Below, one piece after another: positions 17,823 through 25,384 of a stretch of 40,929 nt of DNA; position 1 is the first letter of the stretch, and every line of letters begins with the position of its first letter. A program made the position numbers and the translations under genes. This stretch comes from a virus. Lineage: Duplodnaviria; Caudoviricetes. The stretch is from positions 1 through 40,929 of IMG/VR virus record IMGVR_UViG_3300037127_000005; one strand, given 5' to 3'. Below the pieces are notes generated by a model that saw only the letters and a list, made by a program, of their open reading frames with translations, did no database searches and was not told the DNA's origin.

Positions 17823-18310
17823 TACACGTTCCTTAGCCCGACAAATTCATCAGGATCAAATATCTCATCGTTTTTTGTGGACTTGCTTAGGTTGCGAGTG
17901 GTCAAGTCAAGCGTCACTTGACGGTCTGAAAAATTAAAGTTTTCGACAAATACGCTGTAATCATTTTGCGGTGCCATCACTCCCTCAATGTACGTCAATA
18001 CTCTAACTTCCGCCGCCACCAGTGTTGGGTAGTCATCAATTTTACGAACCTCGGACATAACATCGTATCCAACTCGATCAAAACTTAGTTTACCCTTATC
18101 TACGTCATCACTGGAAAGTATCGACTCTTCTGGCACTTGCACCATGGCACCCATGAATACCTTATTTACGCCGTCAACATTGAAAGTAATATCACCGATA
18201 TAGTCTTTGACAAGTCGGAACTCACCAAAGGCTGGATGGTAGATGATGACCGCGGTATAAACCGCACGCCCCGATTCTTGCTTTGCGAAAAACTCTTTTA
18301 TCTCACTCAT
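17822..18310 (-). CDS. Minor tail protein (lambda L-position, DUF1833-like)
   Basis: IYHPAFG...RLV and FDPDEFVGL motifs; synteny TMP-Dit-L-K-J. Start at 18310 by ATGA overlap. Confidence 0.75.
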   Translation of the reverse strand: MSEIKEFFAKQESGRAVYTAVIIYHPAFGEFRLVKDYIGDITFNVDGVNKVFMGAMVQVPEESILSSDDVDKGKLSFDRVGYDVMSEVRKIDDYPTLVAAEVRVLTYIEGVMAPQNDYSVFVENFNFSDRQVTLDLTTRNLSKSTKNDEIFDPDEFVGLRNV

Positions 18311-18777
18311 GATGGCCAATTCTCGTTAACGGTAATTTCGAGCGAATTAGGCCCGCCCTGCGCAACAAAATCATAAAACTCGTCTTTTTCCGCATCGGTC
18401 GCATCTTCCCAGCCCTGCAATAGCTTGTCAGCGTAAAGCGTACCACTGTAAGTGTAATAACCTTGTGACTCGCTCGGGTTATCCGGCATAACATCCCAAA
18501 ACGCCGTGTATTCGTTAAATCCACCCTCTGATTGCAGTGTGATTTTAAAGTCTTGCCCTTGGTCTTTGGTCTCAAGCCACAGCGCCATCAATGGCAACTT
18601 AGCCGCCGGCACCAAAAACTGCACTTCAAAATAAACGGTCGAGGTGCCGCGCTTTTTCCGTTTTAAGCTTTTACCGTCAAAATTACGGCGCGTGTCGTAC
18701 TTTTGCTGCGTTTGACGCTGCTTACCAATAAGGGGGGCGCCTAATAATTCGTGTGGAAAATCGTATGGTATCGGCAT
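18307..18777 (-). CDS. Distal tail protein (lambda M-like)
   Basis: Directly after the tape measure gene; size and beta-rich pattern fit a Dit protein. Confidence 0.7.
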   Translation of the reverse strand: MPIPYDFPHELLGAPLIGKQRQTQQKYDTRRNFDGKSLKRKKRGTSTVYFEVQFLVPAAKLPLMALWLETKDQGQDFKITLQSEGGFNEYTAFWDVMPDNPSESQGYYTYSGTLYADKLLQGWEDATDAEKDEFYDFVAQGGPNSLEITVNENWPS

Positions 18778-18778
18778 T

Positions 18779-20875
18779 TTAATTCCTCGCGTTGCCTCTG
18801 GTTTGCGTGCCTTGTTTCACCGCCTTAAACATGCGGCCTTGACCTTTGGCCATTTTGCCCACCTCTTTACCTATCTGCACGTTGGCAATGTTGGCTGCTT
18901 CATCGTAAGTCACATAAGCTCGCTCTGGGCTGTTGTTGTTTACGATTATCTGCGGCATGCTACCGCCAGCTTGCTCCATAGGCTTAATGTTGGCGTTTTT
19001 GGTATTCATCAAGTAGTCTTTGCCGCCGTAGCTATAAACTTCCGGAACACCAGTTTCATTAACTCGATACATGCCTTGCGATACTGGGCCTCCGTATTGT
19101 CGCCCGCCAGAGTATTGCTGGTTTTGAATTGCGGCAACTTGCATAGCACCCATTGCACCAGCTACGCCAGCTAAAGCAAAGTTGATAGGTGGTGGTGCTG
19201 CGGCTAATGCGTTAGACACGGCCATCGCGGTATTAATCAAAGCTTGTGCAGTTTGGAATTTCTTCTTACGTTCAAAGTCTTTCTTGTTCTGCACTTCCAT
19301 GTTGTTTGCGTATGCACCAAACAAATCACCAAATGAGCTTAGCAGTTGACCTTGCGATTTTGTAAACAGCTTTTGGTCTTGCATTTGTTGCTGATTAATG
19401 TTGTTTATCTGCTCTGCTTTTTGGCGTTCAAGCTCAATTTCGCGCTGTGCGTATTCTTCTTTGGTTATAAGCTCTTGCTCTTTTGCCGCCTTTAGTGCTT
19501 CCAAGTCTGATTCATATCGTGACTCTACCGTTTGCACTTCAGTCAGCCCAACAGTAGTTCCACGCTGTGCTAGGCGCTCTTGCTCTCTTTGTGCTGCGGC
19601 CGCTTTCTTTTCCTCTGCCCGCGTTGCTTCTTCGCCAATCTTGATCCAGTTGTCAATTTCATCTTCTAACGCTTTATTTGATTCCTTTGCCGCCTCTGTT
19701 TGCGCTTCAATGGCTTTGTTTGTGTCGTAGATGGCGAGAACCGCGTTTTGCTCCGCCTCGCTTAGCCCATCAAGTGCCAACTTCATTGCAAAAGCTGCAC
19801 GCTCACCACCTTGCAGCTCTGCTCTTTGCAACAAAAGAGACTCGACAAGGTTTTTCATCTTGTCTGCGGTATCTTCCAATGTCACGCCAGTGTTATTGAC
19901 ACTCTCGTTCATTGAGTCTAAATCTGATTTTGCAGTAACTAGCGCGCCAACAATATCAATAATCTGACCAAAAAACTCTCTGCCATCACTTGTGGCGTTG
20001 GACAATTCAGCAGACAACATACCAACTGCTTGTTCGGCTTGGTCTGCATTTCTTAACCTTAGCGCCTGGTCAAGCTCACTAATGGCTGCAACACTGAACC
20101 CTGTTTCTTTAGCTATTGTTTGATTGGTATTGCTGAATATGGTGCCAAAGTCGTCGAGTGTATCTCTTGCTGCATTGAACGCATTTTTTATTGCGTCCTC
20201 TTGGGTTTTTATCGCTGCGGCAATTTTGGCCTCTGCAATTATCTCACTAACCGCGCTCAGTTTTTCAAGTTCATCACTGTAATTAGCAACACCATCAGCG
20301 CCAATGGTCATCACCGCCTTTACTTGCTCGACAGCTTTTTCTAGCTTCTCGGCGTTTGTGGCGGAGTCACCAAAGGCTAAATACAATCCACCAAGTACTG
20401 CAACCACACCACCGATACCAGCTGCGAGCGCACCCATACCAGTAAGTAACTGTGGTATCTGTTGCGCCATTACTAGGAATGGATTTTGGCCGCCAGCTAG
20501 TTGAACTGCAATATCTTGTATTTGGTAACTGGCATTGGTTAGTGCTGGCGTAAAGCTTCTATTAACGGCGTGAGCAACGCCATTAACCCGAGTGTTTAGC
20601 GTGTTGAATGAATCACCAGCTTGTGACGCTAGCTTTCTATATTCAATTGAGGCCGATGCCACCACTTTGCCATTTTTATTTAATACTTGGCCCATGCCGT
20701 TGATTGTTCTGCCAAGGCTTTTTTGTGTATTCTCAAACTCTCTAACAGCCTTGTCAGCTTTATCAAAATCTTTGACTACACCATCAAGCGATTTATCAAT
20801 CAGTGACTCGGCCTTTAGCAGCGATGCGGTCTCAACTTCAACATCGTAGCGTATAGCACCTAGATTCTCTGCCAT
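18779..20875 (-). CDS. Tape measure protein
   Basis: 698-aa Ala-rich coiled coil with QIQDIAVQLAGGQNPFLVMAQQIPQL and a C-terminal GGRQYGGPV...YRVNETGVPE. Confidence 0.93.
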   Translation of the reverse strand: MAENLGAIRYDVEVETASLLKAESLIDKSLDGVVKDFDKADKAVREFENTQKSLGRTINGMGQVLNKNGKVVASASIEYRKLASQAGDSFNTLNTRVNGVAHAVNRSFTPALTNASYQIQDIAVQLAGGQNPFLVMAQQIPQLLTGMGALAAGIGGVVAVLGGLYLAFGDSATNAEKLEKAVEQVKAVMTIGADGVANYSDELEKLSAVSEIIAEAKIAAAIKTQEDAIKNAFNAARDTLDDFGTIFSNTNQTIAKETGFSVAAISELDQALRLRNADQAEQAVGMLSAELSNATSDGREFFGQIIDIVGALVTAKSDLDSMNESVNNTGVTLEDTADKMKNLVESLLLQRAELQGGERAAFAMKLALDGLSEAEQNAVLAIYDTNKAIEAQTEAAKESNKALEDEIDNWIKIGEEATRAEEKKAAAAQREQERLAQRGTTVGLTEVQTVESRYESDLEALKAAKEQELITKEEYAQREIELERQKAEQINNINQQQMQDQKLFTKSQGQLLSSFGDLFGAYANNMEVQNKKDFERKKKFQTAQALINTAMAVSNALAAAPPPINFALAGVAGAMGAMQVAAIQNQQYSGGRQYGGPVSQGMYRVNETGVPEVYSYGGKDYLMNTKNANIKPMEQAGGSMPQIIVNNNSPERAYVTYDEAANIANVQIGKEVGKMAKGQGRMFKAVKQGTQTRGNARN

Positions 20876-20938
20876 TCCAATAGACCTAAAAATAAACTAA
20901 ACTAGGTGCATTATAACACAGCAATAAAAGGTTTCATT

Positions 20939-21535
20939 GTGCTAACAAGATACGGATTTGGCGCGATTTACATTGGCGATAATAAATACGAGGTTAGGCC
21001 AACGTTTCAGAACATTGGCAAGCTTGGAACCCCTAAAGAAGTTATCGAAACGTTTAAGGCGTTTTTCAATTGCCCGTCAATTAATTGGCAATATCATCGT
21101 GCCGTTGAAATACTGCAAGCGTGTTGTGAGCCCAATTTGCCTGACAAAGTGACAGGGCGATTCCGTGTCGATGAGCGTGGCAAAATGAAAATAGTAAACC
21201 CGCCGGCGCAAGAATTTATGCACGACATTATTGTACTGGCAAGTCATTGTTTGCGGTATGGTGTGGTAGGCGTAACCGATGAAGATTTAAAAAGCGAAGG
21301 TGAGCCAATACAAGAGTTTGACGTTTACCAGTTTATTGGCTTGGCAACTGAGCACCTTGGCCGTAGTCGTGAGCAAGCCGCAGACATGACACTAACAGAG
21401 TTTATGATGGCGTGGGATATTAAGTTTCCAGAGCAGAAAAAAGAACGTGAAGAGTACGCGCGCAAAGTGAAATCACTAAACGCGCTATTGATGTACCAAA
21501 AAGAGCTAGACGAAAAATCTAAGGCTAAGGCGTGA
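20939..21535 (+). CDS. Putative tail assembly chaperone, on the opposite strand to the tail operon
   Basis: RPTFQNIGKLGTPKEVI, EFDVYQFI..A..HLG and A.DMTLTEF motifs. GTG start at 20939 after AAGGT. Lies between the tail tube and TMP genes. Confidence 0.7.
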   Translation: MLTRYGFGAIYIGDNKYEVRPTFQNIGKLGTPKEVIETFKAFFNCPSINWQYHRAVEILQACCEPNLPDKVTGRFRVDERGKMKIVNPPAQEFMHDIIVLASHCLRYGVVGVTDEDLKSEGEPIQEFDVYQFIGLATEHLGRSREQAADMTLTEFMMAWDIKFPEQKKEREEYARKVKSLNALLMYQKELDEKSKAKA

Positions 21536-22034
21536 AAGCTTCTTTTTGCTTAGACTTATTATCTGGTGTGTTGGTAGCTGTGCGAGTAAAAGTAAACTCA
21601 GCAGTACGGTTACCCTCATTCTCTGCGCTACGTCCAAAAGATGTTGGCACCACAAAGTAATAGCGATACTGGTTTAGTAGCGGGTCGGTAATGCGTAGCC
21701 ACATAGTTGGATCGCGACCAGCTTCTACTTCTGCATCATAGTAATCACGCAGCTCTTGCTGTGTTGTTACGTCAACCAAGTCTTTCGCATCTAGCACAGA
21801 TACAGTAATCTCAGTGTCAGTACCAATTACGCGAGTATCAGTGTCAATACCTGAGCGATCCGTATTGCTAGTTACAGTGCGTGGCGTGTCGTTTTCGTTT
21901 CGTGTCTCAAGCTCACCAAGTGGTTTGTATGTAAACGTGCCATTAGTTGTTGGATCATCATCACCACAGCCAGCAGCCCAGCCGACCAGCATGCCACGGC
22001 CAATATCAGTTAGGCGTGTTGAACAATCTGCCAT
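21525..22034 (-). CDS. Major tail (tube) protein
   Basis: 169 aa with IGRG...GCGD, YKPLG and PTMWLRI motifs; GAGG RBS; upstream of TMP. Confidence 0.8.
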   Translation of the reverse strand: MADCSTRLTDIGRGMLVGWAAGCGDDDPTTNGTFTYKPLGELETRNENDTPRTVTSNTDRSGIDTDTRVIGTDTEITVSVLDAKDLVDVTTQQELRDYYDAEVEAGRDPTMWLRITDPLLNQYRYYFVVPTSFGRSAENEGNRTAEFTFTRTATNTPDNKSKQKEAFTP

Positions 22035-22076
22035 AATTTATACCTCATTAAATAATTGATAACGTTATCGCTTGGG

Positions 22077-22085
22077 ATTATAGCA
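22077..22085 (-). promoter_or_regulatory. Extended -10 promoter for the tail tube gene
   Basis: TGCTATAAT on the - strand, just downstream of the terminator at 22099-22125. Confidence 0.55.
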
Positions 22086-22098
22086 TTTATTTGCGGGC

Positions 22099-22192
22099 AA
22101 TAAAAAACCCCACAAATGTGAGGCTTCGAGTTCGAATGCAGTAACATTGTAAGTTATAAATGTTAAAGCAGCTAAAAATAATGTAGTAGACG
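22099..22192 (-). ncRNA. Putative ~90-nt small RNA
   Basis: Promoter TTGACA (22226-22221)-17-TAAAAT (22203-22198) and terminator GCCTCAC-attt-GTGGGGT-T-tract. Internal hairpin TAACATT/AATGTTA. No RBS-led ORF inside. Confidence 0.55.
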
Positions 22193-22238
22193 GATTCATT
22201 TTAGTGCTTTATATTTGGTTTGTCAAATATTACTGGCA

Positions 22239-22267
22239 ATAAAAAACCCACCGTTAAGTGGGTTTTG
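22239..22267 (-). terminator. Intrinsic terminator ending the tRNA-cluster transcript
   Basis: The minus strand reads AAAACCCAC-ttaacg-GTGGGTTTTTT. Confidence 0.75.
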
Positions 22268-22302
22268 GTTTAAAAAGGAGAAAACAATGAATAACAAGTG
22301 CA

Positions 22303-22386
22303 AAAGTGTATCGGTTGTGATGTCAAGGAATCGAACTCTTGAGCCTCCACCGAATGAGGTTAACCATCACCACACCGTTACACTCT
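22303..22386 (-). ncRNA. tRNA-like structured RNA (T-arm plus one hairpin on a long closing stem)
   Basis: Closing stem AGAGTGTA-A-CGGT..GTGATG / CATCAC-A-ACCG-A-TACACTTT encloses CCTC/GAGG and CAAGAG-TTCGATT-CCTTG. Confidence 0.55.
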
Positions 22387-22392
22387 AAAATA

Positions 22393-22468
22393 TGGCGGTT
22401 AATAATGGACTCGAACCATTGACCTAGACGTTAACAGCGTCCCGCTCTACCAACTGAGCTAATTAACC
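22393..22468 (-). tRNA. tRNA-Asn(GTT)
   Basis: GGTTAATTAGCTCAGTTGGTAGAGCGGGACGCTGTTAACGTCTAGGTCAATGGTTCGAGTCCATTATTAACCGCCA: a 76-nt cloverleaf with anticodon GTT and encoded CCA. Confidence 0.95.
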
Positions 22469-22470
22469 TT

Positions 22471-22535
22471 TGGCCCGAAGTGCAGGAATCGAACCTGCTA
22501 AACTGCCTACCCAGTACCGCGGTAAACCTGCCTCG
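22471..22535 (-). ncRNA. Degenerate or D-arm-less tRNA-like element ending in CCA
   Basis: Perfect T-arm GCAGG-TTCGATT-CCTGC, 3' ACTTCGGGCCA, short acceptor-like CGAGG/CTTCG stem and a middle hairpin GTTTACC/GGTAGGC. Confidence 0.5.
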
Positions 22536-22639
22536 CTCTATCTCTCGACCGTGCTTAGCAATGCTATATATCGTCATAGCTACGAGATAAAAGTATCACC
22601 TTACCTTAATTGTTAGCACCTTTCCGCAAGTGTCATTAA

Positions 22640-22668
22640 ACAATAATACTAAACTTAGATTATGTCAA
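22640..22668 (-). promoter_or_regulatory. sigma70 promoter of the tRNA cluster
   Basis: TTGACA (22668-22663)-17 nt-TATTGT (22645-22640). Confidence 0.7.
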
Positions 22669-23105
22669 ACATTAAATTTAACGGTAAGTGGAATTTCAAA
22701 CACGGCGCGACCATCTTCGGCAAATAACGGGTTTGAAACGCCGCGCGTACTAATCGCCATGATGCACTCATCACTTGATTGGTAGTTATCAATTAGCCAC
22801 TTGTAAATGTCAGTTGCTAAACCCTTGGTGATAGCCAAGTCTGCATCGCTAACCTTACTAAACACAGCAACCAGCATGGGGTACTCTGTGTGGCCAAGAT
22901 AGGGGCGACCAAATGAGTCACCGCCATTCTGCCTGACAAACACAGCGCGCTTATCACTGGCAAGCTTGGTTAGGTCAATCATGCCAGCCACTGAATCAGT
23001 CGCACCCTGCGGATTACCAAACACATCAGTGAATGACGTTAGTAAGCCGCTTGTCTTGATGTGCTCGAGTAAGCGCACCTCTTCAAAATTAGCTATTGTT
23101 GTCAT
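22665..23105 (-). CDS. Tail terminator / tail completion protein
   Basis: Last gene of the neck cluster; C-terminal EDGRAVFEIPL motif. Confidence 0.65.
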   Translation of the reverse strand: MTTIANFEEVRLLEHIKTSGLLTSFTDVFGNPQGATDSVAGMIDLTKLASDKRAVFVRQNGGDSFGRPYLGHTEYPMLVAVFSKVSDADLAITKGLATDIYKWLIDNYQSSDECIMAISTRGVSNPLFAEDGRAVFEIPLTVKFNV

Positions 23106-23518
23106 ATTTTAAGCAGCTCCATATTTGCATCAATCATTGCTTTAGCCTCGCTTGATTCGAAACCGTATTCTAAATAATGATCGGTAGCTTCTGGGTTCCA
23201 AGCGGTTGCCGGTGCCGTGCCTTTTTTGGCATTGCCATATTTAGGTGGTGGCTTTGGCTTCCATTGATAATTACCATCGTTAAGTATTGATGCGTAAACA
23301 GTGTTGTAGCTAAGCATTCCAATATAGCTTGATGCACGCTTCTCAAAATCCTGTGATTGACTATTAACCAAAGTCGAGTAGGCAATGGGGGCCTTAGTCT
23401 TTGACAGTATACCAGCATCACTGACCACGGCTTGCACAAACTGCTGTGCTTTTTTGTCAATCTTGGCAACTGCTTTGCGTAGATTGCCTTTAACCTGGTT
23501 GGCGTTTTTGATTGGCAT
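23102..23518 (-). CDS. Neck protein (HK97 gp10-like)
   Basis: APIAYSTLVNS, YNTVYA and WNPEATDHYLEYGFE motifs. Confidence 0.75.
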   Translation of the reverse strand: MPIKNANQVKGNLRKAVAKIDKKAQQFVQAVVSDAGILSKTKAPIAYSTLVNSQSQDFEKRASSYIGMLSYNTVYASILNDGNYQWKPKPPPKYGNAKKGTAPATAWNPEATDHYLEYGFESSEAKAMIDANMELLKI

Positions 23519-23519
23519 A

Positions 23520-23882
23520 TCAAGTCACCAATTGTAAATCGTCGAGTTGGTTGCCACGCAAAGTATCAGCGGGCATTAAGTTAACCTGTCTAATTTCTTC
23601 TGCTGCATCAATATCGCTAGGCAGTGGCGTTGCGGTATGGTCGCCAATCACCACAAAATCGCCCAAGCGCGGCTTTTCAATGTCGTACTCTAACCAATAC
23701 TGAGACTGCGGCGTAAACGTCACACCATTAGCTACAAACTGACTAGAGCCGCCTTGCTTATAATCCGCTAGCGTGGTTATTGCGTCCCATGTATTTGAAT
23801 CGCCGTAACCACCTAAGCCGCTGTTACGCTTGTACCAGATGGTAATTAATGTCTTTGCCGTGCGCTTGGTTGGGTTGCTCAT
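23520..23882 (-). CDS. Head closure / head-tail joining protein
   Basis: 120-aa beta-rich ORF in the neck cluster. Confidence 0.65.
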   Translation of the reverse strand: MSNPTKRTAKTLITIWYKRNSGLGGYGDSNTWDAITTLADYKQGGSSQFVANGVTFTPQSQYWLEYDIEKPRLGDFVVIGDHTATPLPSDIDAAEEIRQVNLMPADTLRGNQLDDLQLVT

Positions 23883-24262
23883 AGCGGATTATCAGCCTCG
23901 AAAGTTTTACCAGCGGTACCAAAGCTAAACTGCGTTTTATCAGTTGGTAAGCATCCAGCGGTGTCCTGTTTATAAGCCCAGGCTAGCAAAGCGTTATCGT
24001 ATTGCTCCATATCGCCATACTTACCCTGTTTAAATGACGTACTAGCGCCACTGGCTGCTCTTTCCTGGGTAACTTGCATATCACCATTAGATGACTGCAA
24101 AGAGCCAGCAATGTAAGAGTTAGCAATGTCGTCAGCAACGTCTGCGCTGTATGATTGAGTTAAACAGGCGTATGTTTCGGCAAACGCTGCAATGCGCCCA
24201 TTAATCATTCCATCGGGACCAGTTCCGCCATACTCTTTTACTGTATCAATTGTGAATGCCAT
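23879..24262 (-). CDS. Head-tail connector (adaptor) protein
   Basis: TQERAASGASTSF and DTAGCLP motifs typical of this adaptor family; position. Confidence 0.7.
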   Translation of the reverse strand: MAFTIDTVKEYGGTGPDGMINGRIAAFAETYACLTQSYSADVADDIANSYIAGSLQSSNGDMQVTQERAASGASTSFKQGKYGDMEQYDNALLAWAYKQDTAGCLPTDKTQFSFGTAGKTFEADNPL

Positions 24263-24603
24263 TACTTACCCGCCTGTGTCAAAGCGCTGAAATCGAAGGT
24301 GCTGGCAATGATGAGTATAACCAGAGCTGTGATAACAAAGGGGAACCCAATCCGCATAATGTAATTTCTGAACATGCTAAGTATCCACTCTGTTGTTTTT
24401 ATAGCATCCTCATACTTGTCAACAAACTTCTCTAATGACTCTAAGCGTTCATCTTTTCGTTCGTCTCGAATGGTTCGTTCTCGCTCTGCTATTACAAGAT
24501 CGTTAATTGAGTCAGCAAGCTTACTTATTGATTCCGCTTGCTGCGCCATGTACTTTTCAATTGTTGCTAAATGCTCATGCGTTACGATATTTTCATCACT
24601 CAT
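24262..24603 (-). CDS. Coiled-coil protein with C-terminal TM helix (holin/antiholin-like)
   Basis: ISKLADSINDLVIAE...RLESLE coiled coil followed by IGFPFVITALVILIIA. Confidence 0.6.
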   Translation of the reverse strand: MSDENIVTHEHLATIEKYMAQQAESISKLADSINDLVIAERERTIRDERKDERLESLEKFVDKYEDAIKTTEWILSMFRNYIMRIGFPFVITALVILIIASTFDFSALTQAGK

Positions 24604-24605
24604 GA

Positions 24606-25166
24606 TTACTTACCTTGGTTAACCTTTTTGTCAGTATACCAAAAATATGAGTAATGAACATTAAGCCGAATGACGCTGAACAAGTCGCTAAACTTATCCA
24701 CCAAGCCTGCAAAAATGAATCGATCCCGATATAGCGAAAGAATGATACAAAAGTGAAGACAAACAATGATATTAGCGTAATTCCGCCAAACAAACGTTTC
24801 AGCATAAGCATTAGTGTACGAGTCCCAGCACATGAGCAGAATGAATGCGATCATTGTAGCACAAGCTGTTAATGTATTGTTATTGTCGGTGCGTAGAATG
24901 TGGAAGCCAGCAACGGATAGCCACGCGATAAGATAGAATGAAAAAAGGGAAGCGCCATATATAGGAGGTGGTAAATCACCCGGTAATATATCAACCAGGG
25001 CTACAACCTCGCAAAGTAAAAAAGCCATACCAAAAAGGTATGACTTTCTAATTGTCAGCAAGTAGGATAAAAATACAAGGTTACTTAGTTTTTGGTTTGT
25101 CGTCAGCTGGTTTTGCTGGACGGCTTGGCTTAGTAGTTCCAGCCATATCAGTAACTCCTCTAACAT
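24606..25166 (-). CDS. Polytopic membrane protein (about 5 TM)
   Basis: Multiple hydrophobic segments. Start uncertain because the RBS is weak. Confidence 0.7.
   Translation of the reverse strand: MLEELLIWLELLSQAVQQNQLTTNQKLSNLVFLSYLLTIRKSYLFGMAFLLCEVVALVDILPGDLPPPIYGASLFSFYLIAWLSVAGFHILRTDNNNTLTACATMIAFILLMCWDSYTNAYAETFVWRNYANIIVCLHFCIILSLYRDRFIFAGLVDKFSDLFSVIRLNVHYSYFWYTDKKVNQGK
25081..25146 (-). CDS. 21-aa Lys/Pro-rich micropeptide nested in the membrane gene
   Basis: GAGGAG-8 nt-ATG; reads MAGTTKPSRPAKPADDKPKTK-stop. Confidence 0.55.
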   Translation of the reverse strand: MAGTTKPSRPAKPADDKPKTK

Positions 25167-25177
25167 ATTAATCGAGC

Positions 25178-25384
25178 CTATAGTGTAGCAGGTTCATGCA
25201 ACAAAGTCAGATTCAATATGACAACTTCATTAGCGTTGTTACTCTTTGTTATTTCATCGATAAGTAATTCGTAATCAGATTTCGTCATTATCTTACCGTC
25301 CAACTCTGCCGACCCGCTAAAATACCTAGTTCCTAGGCTGAGACTCTCCATTGCTGAATAATGATACAGATATTTATCACTCAT
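25178..25384 (-). CDS. Hypothetical protein
   Basis: 68-aa ORF, ATGA-coupled to the upstream gene. Confidence 0.7.
   Translation of the reverse strand: MSDKYLYHYSAMESLSLGTRYFSGSAELDGKIMTKSDYELLIDEITKSNNANEVVILNLTLLHEPATL

Noticed and set aside
22393-22468. tRNA as a prophage integration site
   Set aside because: There is no integrase, no duplicated tRNA 3' end and no host flanking DNA.
22540-22600. Hammerhead or HDV-like (theta) ribozyme beside the tRNA
   Set aside because: I could not find the CUGANGA/GAAA core or a nested double pseudoknot by eye. Kept only as a structured leader.
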